From Longimicrobiales bacterium (lineage in GTDB: Bacteria; Gemmatimonadota; Gemmatimonadetes; Longimicrobiales; Gaopeijiaceae): a DNA stretch of 64,000 nt. Location: contig OZ241371.1 of the NCBI GenBank assembly GCA_965200255.1, positions 2,187,288 to 2,251,287 of the forward strand, written 5' to 3'. The stretch's first letter is position 1. The number at the start of each line of letters is the position of its first letter. Under the pieces are notes generated by a model. The model was not told the origin of the DNA and did no database searches. It saw only the letters and a list, made by a program, of their open reading frames with translations. This document shows, piece after piece, positions 47,811 to 56,803 of this stretch. The position numbers and the translations under genes are program-made.

Positions 47811-48620
47811 CTACCAGTCCTTTCTGGGTTGCCGACCACGCACCTGGGCAGTCTTTCGGTTGACCTCGCCCGGATCCTCGGTAATCGCCTGAAGCAACCG
47901 CTCCGCTTGTTCCGGAGTCATCTGCGTTGGCGTCGCCTCCGATCCCCCCTCTCCTTCGCGCTGATCCTGGGGGGAACCATCACCTTCGGGTTGGCCGTCC
48001 TGCGGGCGCGGTTCCTGGCCGTCCTCCCCTTCCTGCGAGGGGGCGCCACTTTCCTGATCGTCCTGCGGCTGTGGCTCGCCCTGGCCACTTTCGGGTTGCC
48101 CTTCCGACTGCTGGTCGTCTTCACCTTGCTCGCCGTCGCCTTGCTGTTGTTGCTGCTGCTGTTGCTCCAGCTGCTGAAGCGCCAACTCCAGGTTGTGCTT
48201 TGCGTCGCGGTCGTCGGGGTTCAGCCGCAACGACTGCTTGTACGCCTCCACAGCCGCGCCCGGTTGTTGTTGCATAATCAGGGCGTTGCCCAGGTTGTAC
48301 ATGGCCTCGGACCGCCATTCCGGGTCCGCTCCCTCCGCCGCTTCCAGGAATGCCTCCATCGCCCTCTGGAACTCCTGGCTGCCGTAGAGTGCATTGCCCT
48401 CGTTGAAGCGGGCCAGCGGGAGCCCCGGCACTTCTTCCAGGGCCTCGAGGTACTTCGCGTGGGCCTCCTGATAGCGTCCCGCTTCGTAGAGGCGGTTTCC
48501 GGCGTCCACGTCGCGGCGGCCTTCCTGGCCCACAGCCGGTGCCGCCGAGAAAACCGCAGCAGCGGCGGCGCAGCAGACCATCGGGAAAGGCTTCACCATC
48601 CGGTAGGGGTACGGTTTCAC
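47811..48620 (-). CDS. batC: BatC-like TPR protein with Gln/acidic low-complexity tail
   Basis: TPR repeats (GNRLYEAGRYQEAHAKYLEALE; NLGNALIMQQQPGAAVEAYKQSLRLNP), then QQLEQQQQQQQQGDGEQGEDDQQSEGQPE. Confidence 0.75.
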   Translation of the reverse strand: MKPYPYRMVKPFPMVCCAAAAAVFSAAPAVGQEGRRDVDAGNRLYEAGRYQEAHAKYLEALEEVPGLPLARFNEGNALYGSQEFQRAMEAFLEAAEGADPEWRSEAMYNLGNALIMQQQPGAAVEAYKQSLRLNPDDRDAKHNLELALQQLEQQQQQQQQGDGEQGEDDQQSEGQPESGQGEPQPQDDQESGAPSQEGEDGQEPRPQDGQPEGDGSPQDQREGEGGSEATPTQMTPEQAERLLQAITEDPGEVNRKTAQVRGRQPRKDW

Positions 48621-49663
48621 GGAACCTCCTTCAATCCTGCGGTCATGCGTTGAATCGGGGGCGGACGCTTACGTCGTCCCGGTATCATGAATTCGACGAT
48701 CAGTAGCAGCAAGGCCCCTCCGAGAAAGATCTGGAACTGTTCTTCGAACTGGGTGACCTCACGCGATTCCACCTCACGGCCTCCGTCTTCGATCCGCTCC
48801 ACCAATCGCTCCAGCCCCCCGGTGCCCTGGCCGATTCGATGATACTCTCCACCCGTCTGGAGTGCGATATCCTGCAAAACGGTTTCGTTCAGGCGAGTCG
48901 TGATCACGTTGCCCTGATCGTCGCGACGGAACCTGCCCCGCGCTTCCACACCCTCTACATCGGGGAGCGGCACGCCCTCCACCGACCCCACGCCCACCAT
49001 GTGAATCGTCACTTGCGCTTCGGAGGCCGCCGAAATGGCCTGTGCGAGCCCTCCCTCGTGATCTTCCCCGTCCGTGACGATCACCACGATGCGGTTCTCG
49101 GTCGGGGTTTCGTCGAGGGCCTCGACGGCAACCGCGATGGCTTTGGCGAGATCCGTGCCCTGCGTGGACATGAGCGTGGGGTCCATCGCCGCGAGAAACA
49201 TCATGGCGGCGCCGTAGTCCGCGGTGAGGGGGCTCTGCACGAACGCGTCTCCGGCAAACGCCACCAGCCCGACGCGATCGCCATCGAGCCGCTGGATGAT
49301 GCGACCAATCTCGATCTTGGCCCGTTCCAGACGGTTGGGCGCGACGTCTTCCGCGTACATCGAGCGCGACACGTCCAGCGCCAGGACGACATCCTGCCCT
49401 TGCCGCCGCAACGTCTCGACGCGGGTGCCGAACTGCGGGCGAGCCAGCGCAAAGCCTAGCAGGCCGATCGCGGCGAGCAGCAGGACCGTCTTCCATCGCA
49501 CTGCGACGACGTTGACCGACGCTCGCAAACGGCGGACCAGCGTGCGGTCGCCGAACCTGTCCAGCAGGGAGCGGTCGCGACGCGCTGCGGACCAATACAA
49601 CAGGCCCAACAACGGGACGAGGCTCAAGGCCCACAGCCAGGGAACGGCTCCGAAACGAAACAT
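48617..49663 (-). CDS. batB: BatB-like VWA domain membrane protein
   Basis: N-terminal TMs, VWA MIDAS motif VLALDVSRSM, a C-terminal TM. Confidence 0.85.
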   Translation of the reverse strand: MFRFGAVPWLWALSLVPLLGLLYWSAARRDRSLLDRFGDRTLVRRLRASVNVVAVRWKTVLLLAAIGLLGFALARPQFGTRVETLRRQGQDVVLALDVSRSMYAEDVAPNRLERAKIEIGRIIQRLDGDRVGLVAFAGDAFVQSPLTADYGAAMMFLAAMDPTLMSTQGTDLAKAIAVAVEALDETPTENRIVVIVTDGEDHEGGLAQAISAASEAQVTIHMVGVGSVEGVPLPDVEGVEARGRFRRDDQGNVITTRLNETVLQDIALQTGGEYHRIGQGTGGLERLVERIEDGGREVESREVTQFEEQFQIFLGGALLLLIVEFMIPGRRKRPPPIQRMTAGLKEVP

Positions 49664-50655
49664 CAGGGCAATGTCCGCAGCCAGGTGCGCCCGAGTACCA
49701 CTTCCGTCAGGAGCAGCAGCAACCCGGCGGCAAGCGGCAGCACGAAGCGCTCACCGTAGCTGGTGAAGTTCTCGACAATGATCTCGGTGGTCTCCAGCTC
49801 GTCAATCTCCGCATAGATGGCCTCGAGGCTCTCGCGATCTGTGGCGCGGTAGTAGCGCCCACCCGTAGTCTCCGCCGTGGCGCGCAGAACGGGCTCGTCT
49901 ACATCGACCCGCGTGGTCACATAGCGGCGCGATCCAAAGCGATCCGTCACCGGGACCCGGGCCATGCCGCGCGCGCCCGCTCCTATGGTATAGACGCGGA
50001 CCCCCAGGGCTTGGGCTGCCTGGGCGGCGGTGAGCGGGTCGATTTCTCCCCGATTGTTGCGACCATCGGTCAGCAGAACGACCACCTTCGATGCGGCCTC
50101 GCTGGCCTGCAGTCGCTTCACGGCGGTGGCCAGTCCCATGCCCACGGCGGTGCCGTCCTCGACCATCCCGACTTCGAGTTCGCCCATGAGCGACGTGACG
50201 ACCGAGCGATCCAGCGTCAGCGGCGCCTGAGTAAACGCCTTGCCCGCAAAGATGACCAGGCCGATCCGGTCGTTCTGGCGCCCGGCAGCGAAATCCGACG
50301 CCACCGTTTTCGCCGCCTCCAAACGGTTGGGCGCCAGGTCTTCGGCAAGCATGGAGCTCGACACGTCGATGGCCAGCACGATGTCGATGCCTTCCGAAAC
50401 CACGTCCTCGCCCGTGACTCCGGTCTGAGGCCGCGCGAAGGCCGCTACCAGGCAGGCGAGCGCCAATCCGCGCAGCAAGGCCGGCAGATGTCGCAATCGC
50501 TGCCCCGCCCCGCCGTCGGCGCTGGCAAGCCCTGCGACGTTGGGGTGAGCGAGCGATCCTCGTCGCCGATTCCCACGCGACAGGTACCACCAACCCAGCA
50601 ATGGCACGGCCCCCAGGCAGAGCAGAAGCCACGGATCCTCAAAGCGAAAAATCAC
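49663..50655 (-). CDS. batA: BatA-like VWA domain membrane protein
   Basis: FEDPWLL N-terminus, VLAIDVSSSM MIDAS motif, a C-terminal TM. TGATG overlap with batB. Confidence 0.85.
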   Translation of the reverse strand: MIFRFEDPWLLLCLGAVPLLGWWYLSRGNRRRGSLAHPNVAGLASADGGAGQRLRHLPALLRGLALACLVAAFARPQTGVTGEDVVSEGIDIVLAIDVSSSMLAEDLAPNRLEAAKTVASDFAAGRQNDRIGLVIFAGKAFTQAPLTLDRSVVTSLMGELEVGMVEDGTAVGMGLATAVKRLQASEAASKVVVLLTDGRNNRGEIDPLTAAQAAQALGVRVYTIGAGARGMARVPVTDRFGSRRYVTTRVDVDEPVLRATAETTGGRYYRATDRESLEAIYAEIDELETTEIIVENFTSYGERFVLPLAAGLLLLLTEVVLGRTWLRTLP

Positions 50656-51608
50656 ACGGCCTCCCGATGCCCACCACTCGTCATCTCGACCAGCGATCTC
50701 GCCACGCCCACCAGCTCGCGCGAAGCGTCGGCGTCGGGACGCAACTTCGCGAATTTCACCAGATCGCAGCGGTTGAGGAAGTCGTCAAAGGTCTCGGTAA
50801 AGCGCATGTCGAGCGCGGCTTTGCGCAGCCCGGCGATCACTTCGCGCGTGGTCATTTCCAGCGCAGGCACTTCGAGCTGCCCTTCGACGTAGGTGCGCAT
50901 GATCTCGGAGACCTGCACGTGCCATGCCTTGACCTGGCCGCGCTCCAACAGCGAGGAGCGCTCCAGCTCGTCGAGCGCTTCCAGTGCCACCAGATGGTGC
51001 GGTCGCGGCGGCACGCTCGGTTTTGCGATTTCGACCACGGGCCGGGCCCGAGACCGGCGATGCAAATACACGGCGCCGGCACCCAACGCCGCGGCGAGCA
51101 GCAGCCACGGCGCCACCAGCCACCAGTTCCGCGCAATCGACAGCGGGCCTTTGATTTCGCGCAGATCGCCCGACTCGTCCAGCCCCACGCTCTCGACGCC
51201 CACGCGAAAGAGGTCGGTGAACAGTGTACGCGTCGCGCCGTCCGGCCCTACCAGGGACACCGCGATCGGCGGGATCTCGAGCTCGCCGAGCTCGAAACTG
51301 GTGACCGTGTATGCGGCCGAGCTCGGGCCGTCGTCGTCGTTCGGGGCGTTCGTCGCGATGCGGGCGCCGATGACCTCAAACGGCGAGACGTCGAGCGAAT
51401 CGGCCCACTGCACCGACCAGTCCGCAGGGTGATCCACGCGGATCCGCACCCCCAGGGGGTCCCCCAAATGAATCACCGTCGTGTCGACCTCCATGACCAC
51501 CTGGAACTCCTGCCGCGCCGCGAGTGTCTGGGACCCCAGCGCGAATAGGGCGGCAGCCAACGCGACGAAACTGCAACCGATGGTCGTGCGGCGCGTCGTC
51601 GCCCTCAC
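50652..51608 (-). CDS. DUF4381-like membrane protein of the Bat operon
   Basis: Signal peptide, a mid-protein TM (WWLVAPWLLLAAALGAGAV), and a C-terminal CDLVKFAKLRP motif. ATGA overlaps on both sides. Confidence 0.6.
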   Translation of the reverse strand: MRATTRRTTIGCSFVALAAALFALGSQTLAARQEFQVVMEVDTTVIHLGDPLGVRIRVDHPADWSVQWADSLDVSPFEVIGARIATNAPNDDDGPSSAAYTVTSFELGELEIPPIAVSLVGPDGATRTLFTDLFRVGVESVGLDESGDLREIKGPLSIARNWWLVAPWLLLAAALGAGAVYLHRRSRARPVVEIAKPSVPPRPHHLVALEALDELERSSLLERGQVKAWHVQVSEIMRTYVEGQLEVPALEMTTREVIAGLRKAALDMRFTETFDDFLNRCDLVKFAKLRPDADASRELVGVARSLVEMTSGGHREAV

Positions 51609-52483
51609 CGTACCCGCCTGCCCCGCTGCTCGAAGAACCGTCGCAGCGCCTGTTCGTACGGCACCCCGGTGGTCACGTCGATCGCGTCGACCTTGCTGCG
51701 TCGGAAGAGCTCGTCCACGCGGGCTCGCACCGCAGCGCGATCCTGGCCGTATCGAGCCTGAAACGAACGAGCCGACGTATTGACGACGGCGCGCCGCCCC
51801 GTCTCCGGATCCTCAAACTCGACGAGCCCCATCGGCGGGATTTCCGTCTCGCGTACGTCGCCAACGCGCACCGCAACCAGATCGTGGCGTCGGGCCGCCA
51901 CCGAGAGCGCCTGCTCGTACCCCTCGGCGAGAAAGTCCGAAACCAGAAACGTCACCGCGCGGCGTCGCGTCACGCGGGCCAGATACTCCAACGCACCCGC
52001 AATGTCGGTACCCGTCCCTTCCACTGTATGGTAGAGCAGCTCGCGCAACACCCGCAGCGCGTGGCGGCGTCCCTTGCGCGGCGGCACAAACCGCTCGATT
52101 CGATCCGAGAACAGAATCAGCCCGACCTTGTCGTTGTTCTTGATCGCGCTAAACGCCAGAACGCCGCACAGTTCGGCCGCCAGCTCGGCCTTCATCCGAC
52201 TACGCGTGCCAAAGTACGCAGACGCGCTTACGTCCACGACGAGCATCAACGTCAGCTCGCGCTCCTCCTCGAACACCTTGACGTGCGGCGAGCCCGTCCG
52301 CGCCGTGACGTTCCAGTCAATCCCGCGGATATCGTCGCCGTAACGGTATTCCCGCACCTCGGCAAAACTCATGCCGCGCCCCTTGAACACGGAATGGTAT
52401 TCGCCGGAAAAAATGTCGTTCACCAAGCCGCGCGTAGAAATCTCCAGCAGCCTGACCTGCTTCAGAATCTCGCGGGGAATCAT
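51605..52483 (-). CDS. DUF58 domain protein (MoxR-associated VWA-like)
   Basis: GEYHSVFKGRGMSFAEVREYRYGDDIRGIDWN, typical of DUF58. Confidence 0.85.
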   Translation of the reverse strand: MIPREILKQVRLLEISTRGLVNDIFSGEYHSVFKGRGMSFAEVREYRYGDDIRGIDWNVTARTGSPHVKVFEEERELTLMLVVDVSASAYFGTRSRMKAELAAELCGVLAFSAIKNNDKVGLILFSDRIERFVPPRKGRRHALRVLRELLYHTVEGTGTDIAGALEYLARVTRRRAVTFLVSDFLAEGYEQALSVAARRHDLVAVRVGDVRETEIPPMGLVEFEDPETGRRAVVNTSARSFQARYGQDRAAVRARVDELFRRSKVDAIDVTTGVPYEQALRRFFEQRGRRVR

Positions 52484-52510
52484 GCGTCGTACCGCTCCAA
52501 CCGCTTTGCG

Positions 52511-53500
52511 CTACGGCACTTCGATCGTATCCAGCACCCGACCGACCACGTCTTCCGTGGTTACTTCTTCCGCCTCCGCTTCGTAGGTCAGAATGAGTCG
52601 GTGCCGCAACACGTCCATGGCCACGGACCGCACGTCTTCCGGCGTCACGTAGCCACGGTGCCGCAGAAAAGCATGTGCTCGCGAGGTCCGGGCCAGGCAG
52701 ATGGTGGCTCTGGGCGAGGCCCCGAATGCGATGAGCGGGTCCAGCTCTTGCAGGCCACACTGCGTAGGTTCTCGTGTTGCGAAAACAAGCTCGACGATAT
52801 AGCGCTCGACGCGGCTGTCCACATAAATCGTCTCTGTCGCACGGCGCGCCTGCATGATTTCCTGGGGATTCACGACGGGTTCGGCCTTGGGCATGGGCCC
52901 CGTGCTCATCCGGCGCATGATTTCGAGCTCTTCGTCGCGGTCGGGGTACCCCACCGACAGCTTGAGCATGAAGCGGTCCACCTGCGCTTCGGGCAGCGGA
53001 TACGTCCCCTCCTGATCGATGGGATTCTGCGTGGCCAGAACCAGGAACGGAGACGGCAGCGGGAAGGTGTTTTCGCCAATCGTGACCGTGTGTTCCTGCA
53101 TGGCTTCGAGCAGCGCGGACTGCACTTTGGCCGGCGAGCGGTTGATTTCGTCCGCGAGAATCACGTTGGCGAAGATCGGCCCCTTTTTGGTCTTGAACTC
53201 GGTCTCGCGCGGGTCGTAGATGAGCGTGCCGATCAGGTCGGCGGGAAGGAGATCGGGCGTAAACTGGATCCGCTGAAACGAGGTCTGGATCGCGTCCGCG
53301 AGGGTGCGCACGGTAAGGGTCTTGGCCAATCCGGGGACCCCCTCCATGAGCACGTGCCCGTCGGACAACAGGCCCACCAGCAAGCGCTCGACCATGGTTT
53401 TCTGGCCCACGATGACGCGGCCCACCTCGTTCAGCAGGCGATCCACGAACCCGCTGCTCTCGTTGATTTTCGTCTGGATGACTTCTATGTCCCGGTTCAT
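52511..53500 (-). CDS. moxR: MoxR family AAA+ ATPase
   Basis: From the internal Met MNRDIEV: GHVLMEGVPGLAKT (Walker A), ILADEINR (Walker B), LEAMQE. The upstream 107 codons of ORF 52511..53821 are repeat- and shadow-derived (RQRLIR x4). Confidence 0.9.
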   Translation of the reverse strand: MNRDIEVIQTKINESSGFVDRLLNEVGRVIVGQKTMVERLLVGLLSDGHVLMEGVPGLAKTLTVRTLADAIQTSFQRIQFTPDLLPADLIGTLIYDPRETEFKTKKGPIFANVILADEINRSPAKVQSALLEAMQEHTVTIGENTFPLPSPFLVLATQNPIDQEGTYPLPEAQVDRFMLKLSVGYPDRDEELEIMRRMSTGPMPKAEPVVNPQEIMQARRATETIYVDSRVERYIVELVFATREPTQCGLQELDPLIAFGASPRATICLARTSRAHAFLRHRGYVTPEDVRSVAMDVLRHRLILTYEAEAEEVTTEDVVGRVLDTIEVP

Positions 53501-53510
53501 TCCGCCTTTT

Positions 53511-53582
53511 CGTATCAATCGTTGTCGTCGTATCAATCGTTGTCGTCGTATCAATCGTTGTCGTCGTATCAATCGTTGTCGC
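53511..53582. repeat. 4 x 18-bp tandem repeat (cgtatcaatcgttgtcgt) immediately upstream of moxR
   Basis: Read directly: units at 53511, 53529, 53547 and 53565. Three are perfect; the fourth is 17/18. The last unit contains the stop codon of the upstream propeller gene. Confidence 0.95.
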
Positions 53583-54735
53583 GCGAGTCTTCCGCACCCG
53601 TGGCTTTCCACAATGCGATGCCGCCCGCCTGCTTCCCGATCTCCGCCGAGGCCACGCGCTCGCCCGTCGCGATCTCGATGACCTCGACGGTTCCCGGCTC
53701 TCCGCCTATTCCTTCGACGGTGACGATCGCATAGCGGCCGTCGGGCGTGACCACTACGCCGTGCGTCACGCGTCGGAGTGAGTCGATCAGGTGCAGCAGC
53801 TCGCCCGACGCCACGTCCCATATGCCGAGCTGGGCACTGCCCTTGAGGGTTGCAAGGAGCGTTGCGCCGTCGGGCGTCAGGTCCAGATTGTAGGGTGCTC
53901 CGGCGGCGTCAATTCGTCGCGTGACGCGCCACTCGTCAAGGTCGACTTCGAGGATCGCGTCGTCCCTGTTGCAGGGAACGAATACGCGTTTGCCATCGGG
54001 ATGCGGCGTGGTCCAGGTGGGGGAACAGCTGGCGTTGCGCGACGCGGGCATGTCGCCGTGCTGGTGGGCGGCTGCGCTGCCCGGTGCAGCCGCCGCGACG
54101 GGGGCGTTGGCGACCAGATCGAGCCGGCGGGTGACGTCAAGGGTCGCGCCGTCGATCTCGACCAGCTGGTCGTCCATCATGCACGCTGAGTAGTGCTTCG
54201 AGCCGTCGGCGTTGAAGCGCGACCCGTGCGGCATGGTGCAGGTGACCACGTCGGCGATCGGGAACATGGTCTCCAGATCGACGATCGTGACGGTCGAAGG
54301 CACGTGGTCGCCGTGAAAGTTCGCGTTGACCGCAAGCGCTAGCATGCCGTGCGGCGGCACGGCGATCGTGGCAGGAAAGAGTCCCAGATCGGCCACCGCA
54401 ACGACCGTGTCGGCCCCGGTGGCGTACTTGACCAAGCGGCCGTTGGGGAAGCCGTGCCCCAGGGTGAGATACCAGAACTCGCCGGCGGGATCCATCGCGA
54501 GGCCGTGCGGCGCCTCGATTTCGGCCACGAGCCATCCGGTCGGAATGGTCTTTTCGACGACTAGCTCGCCGCCCGCGTCGTAGCGCAGCAGCGAGACCTC
54601 GTCTTCGGATTCGGCGGCGACGTAGACCCAGTACGACTGCGCGGCGGCATGGCTTGGCCATGGCGCGATGCCTCCGCAAACCGCGACAAGCGCCGCGGCC
54701 AACGCGAACCGACCCATTACGGAACCAGACCCCAT
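53569..54735 (-). CDS. secreted YVTN/YncE-like beta-propeller protein
   Basis: Signal peptide (RFALAAALVAVCGG..AAA) and repeated propeller blades with PHG/TPDG-type motifs (APHGLAMDP, TPDGATLLAT, TPDGRYAIVT). Confidence 0.65.
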   Translation of the reverse strand: MGSGSVMGRFALAAALVAVCGGIAPWPSHAAAQSYWVYVAAESEDEVSLLRYDAGGELVVEKTIPTGWLVAEIEAPHGLAMDPAGEFWYLTLGHGFPNGRLVKYATGADTVVAVADLGLFPATIAVPPHGMLALAVNANFHGDHVPSTVTIVDLETMFPIADVVTCTMPHGSRFNADGSKHYSACMMDDQLVEIDGATLDVTRRLDLVANAPVAAAAPGSAAAHQHGDMPASRNASCSPTWTTPHPDGKRVFVPCNRDDAILEVDLDEWRVTRRIDAAGAPYNLDLTPDGATLLATLKGSAQLGIWDVASGELLHLIDSLRRVTHGVVVTPDGRYAIVTVEGIGGEPGTVEVIEIATGERVASAEIGKQAGGIALWKATGAEDSRDND

Positions 54736-56724
54736 TTATGGAATAAGCGCGCGCCGCGGCTGGAGCTTTACGGTCCACATTCCCGAGAAATACTCGGAGA
54801 AGAACAGGTTGCCCTTGTGCATCTGCGGCCCCCAGGTGAAGGGCGCGTTGGCGACCACGCCGTCTGGATCGTACGACTTGTAGACGGCGATCTCCCTGCC
54901 CTGGTGATACAGGTTCCCCTTCATTTCGCCGGAGATGTCGAGCACTCGCAGACCGCCCTGATAGAAGGCCGCGTAGAGGCGGTCGTCTTCGATCCACATG
55001 TTGTGTGACCCGGCCTCGGGGATCTCGTAACGCGCGACCTCTTCGGGGTTTTGGGGATCGGTGAAGTCCACCACGTGGATGTAGCCGGACATGAACTCCG
55101 GGGTGCGGCCATCCTCTTGGCCGTCGAAGGCGGGGGCGCCGATTTCGTCGCCCATGAAGATGTAGAACTTGCCCGTCGGGCTCTGGTAGGGGAACGCGGC
55201 GTGCGTGGCGCCGCCGATGTCGCGGAAGCGCGCGATCTCGACCGGGTTGGCCGGGCTGCCGCCCTTGTCGCCACCGCCTACGTCGATCACGGCCACGCCG
55301 TCGTTCCAGTTCGACGTGTACGCGATGCCGTCCACGATCCAGATGTCGTGAATGGCGTGGCCCGGCGTGTCGAGCTCGAAGCGGCCGACGCGGTGGGGAT
55401 TGGTCGGGTCGGCGATGTTGATGACGTCGAAGCGGGTGCCGTTGTTCACCGCGTAGACGTGGTCGTCGTAGATGAAGAGGTTGTGTACCCCACCGGTGAG
55501 CTCGTCGTCGTAGGTGGCGACGATTTCGATGTTGCGGGGGTCGGTGCAGTCCACGATGACGATTCCGTTGCGCCGGTTGGACGCGCCTTCGCGGGAAATC
55601 ACGCAGAGTTCGCCGTCTTCCGAGACCTTCACGTCGTTCGTCGTGCGGGCGTCGACGATGAGCGAATCGGTCAGCACCGGGCTGGCCGGGTCGGTTACAT
55701 CCCACCAGTACGTGCTGCCGTGGCCGCTGTGCGTGCCCGTGATTGCGTAGTCGCGACCATGGACGCCCTCCCACACCCACAAATCCGACGTCGAGACGTT
55801 GCGCACCGGCGCGTGGCCCACAAGCTGCACCTCTTCGACCACGTGACGCGGCAGAATCTCGACGGTTGCGTGGGCGGTGCGCCCGGGGACGTTCGCCGTA
55901 ACCGTGTAGACGCCCGGCTTGTAGGCCACGAAACGCCCTTGCTGGTCCACCTCCGCCGGTGGAATGTCGGCGGTGGCGATTTCGTCGGGGTCGGCGATCA
56001 GGCCGAAAGCGACGGGAATGTCGTTGACCGTGCCGCTTGGGCCCGTGGGCGTCGCGGTGAAGTGGATGACGTCGCCGGTGCGGCCCCGCGACTGGCTCGC
56101 CTCGACTGCCATTGCCGTAACCGGGTTGTCCGCGACCTGATAGGTGACTTCGCCCATCACGTCCTCGGCGCTTGCCGACAGGGTGACCGTTCCCGGGACG
56201 TGCGCCGTGAAGACGCCAAATCGGTCGACCGTGGCCACGGACGGATCGGAAGTGGTCCACGAGACGGCGACGTCGCGAATGTCGTCGGCGCGGTCGAACA
56301 CGGTGGCCTTGTGGCGCTGGGTAACGCCAACGTAGTAGCGACCGCCGGCGCTGGCGATTTCGACGCGGTCGAGTGGCGGAAACGCGACGGTGACGGTCAT
56401 GGCGCCGCTAATGCGGGTCGGCCCCAGAACGCGGGCCAGGACCTCGTATTCTCCACCCTTGAAGGCCTCGATTTCGCCGGTCGTGCGGTTCACGGCCAGC
56501 TTCCCGCGTCCGTCGCGCGAGAAAAAGAGGAAGGGGACATCGAGGGCGTCGCCGTTGGCGTCGTACGCGGTGGCCGAAATCTGCGCCGTCTCGCCGACCT
56601 GTAGCGAGAGCGTTGCCGGCGTGACTTCGACTCTGGTGATTTCCTGAGCGGCAATTCCGGGGCTCATGGGGGCTGCGAGCGCCAAGAGCGCCGCGCCTGA
56701 CAAGATTGCGCTGCGTGTCTTCAT
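54736..56724 (-). CDS. secreted Big_2 (x3) + LVIVD-repeat beta-propeller protein
   Basis: MKTRSAILSGAALLALAAP signal peptide. Ig-like units (VTPATLSLQVGETAQISATAYD). LVIVD-type repeats (IVIVDCTDPRNIEIV; FDVINIADPTNPHRV; VAVIDVGGG). Confidence 0.7.
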   Translation of the reverse strand: MKTRSAILSGAALLALAAPMSPGIAAQEITRVEVTPATLSLQVGETAQISATAYDANGDALDVPFLFFSRDGRGKLAVNRTTGEIEAFKGGEYEVLARVLGPTRISGAMTVTVAFPPLDRVEIASAGGRYYVGVTQRHKATVFDRADDIRDVAVSWTTSDPSVATVDRFGVFTAHVPGTVTLSASAEDVMGEVTYQVADNPVTAMAVEASQSRGRTGDVIHFTATPTGPSGTVNDIPVAFGLIADPDEIATADIPPAEVDQQGRFVAYKPGVYTVTANVPGRTAHATVEILPRHVVEEVQLVGHAPVRNVSTSDLWVWEGVHGRDYAITGTHSGHGSTYWWDVTDPASPVLTDSLIVDARTTNDVKVSEDGELCVISREGASNRRNGIVIVDCTDPRNIEIVATYDDELTGGVHNLFIYDDHVYAVNNGTRFDVINIADPTNPHRVGRFELDTPGHAIHDIWIVDGIAYTSNWNDGVAVIDVGGGDKGGSPANPVEIARFRDIGGATHAAFPYQSPTGKFYIFMGDEIGAPAFDGQEDGRTPEFMSGYIHVVDFTDPQNPEEVARYEIPEAGSHNMWIEDDRLYAAFYQGGLRVLDISGEMKGNLYHQGREIAVYKSYDPDGVVANAPFTWGPQMHKGNLFFSEYFSGMWTVKLQPRRALIP

Positions 56725-56803
56725 TTGATACGGTTCCTCGCTGGTGTCCCGACCTGGGCGTGCGACCGGTGGCACCTGTGCCGCCAGCCTCTGTGAAACC
56801 TTA

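Noticed and set aside
48100-48200. A CAG/CAA-rich tract (poly-Gln) in batC as a separate repeat element.
   Set aside because: It is imperfect, in frame, and part of a longer Gln/Glu/Asp/Gly low-complexity tail of the BatC-like protein. I treated it as coding low complexity rather than a discrete repeat feature.
53511-53582. Possible CRISPR array, suggested by regularly spaced identical 18-mers.
   Set aside because: The units are directly contiguous with no spacers. The unit is too short, it is not palindromic, and there are no cas genes in the window. It is a simple tandem repeat.
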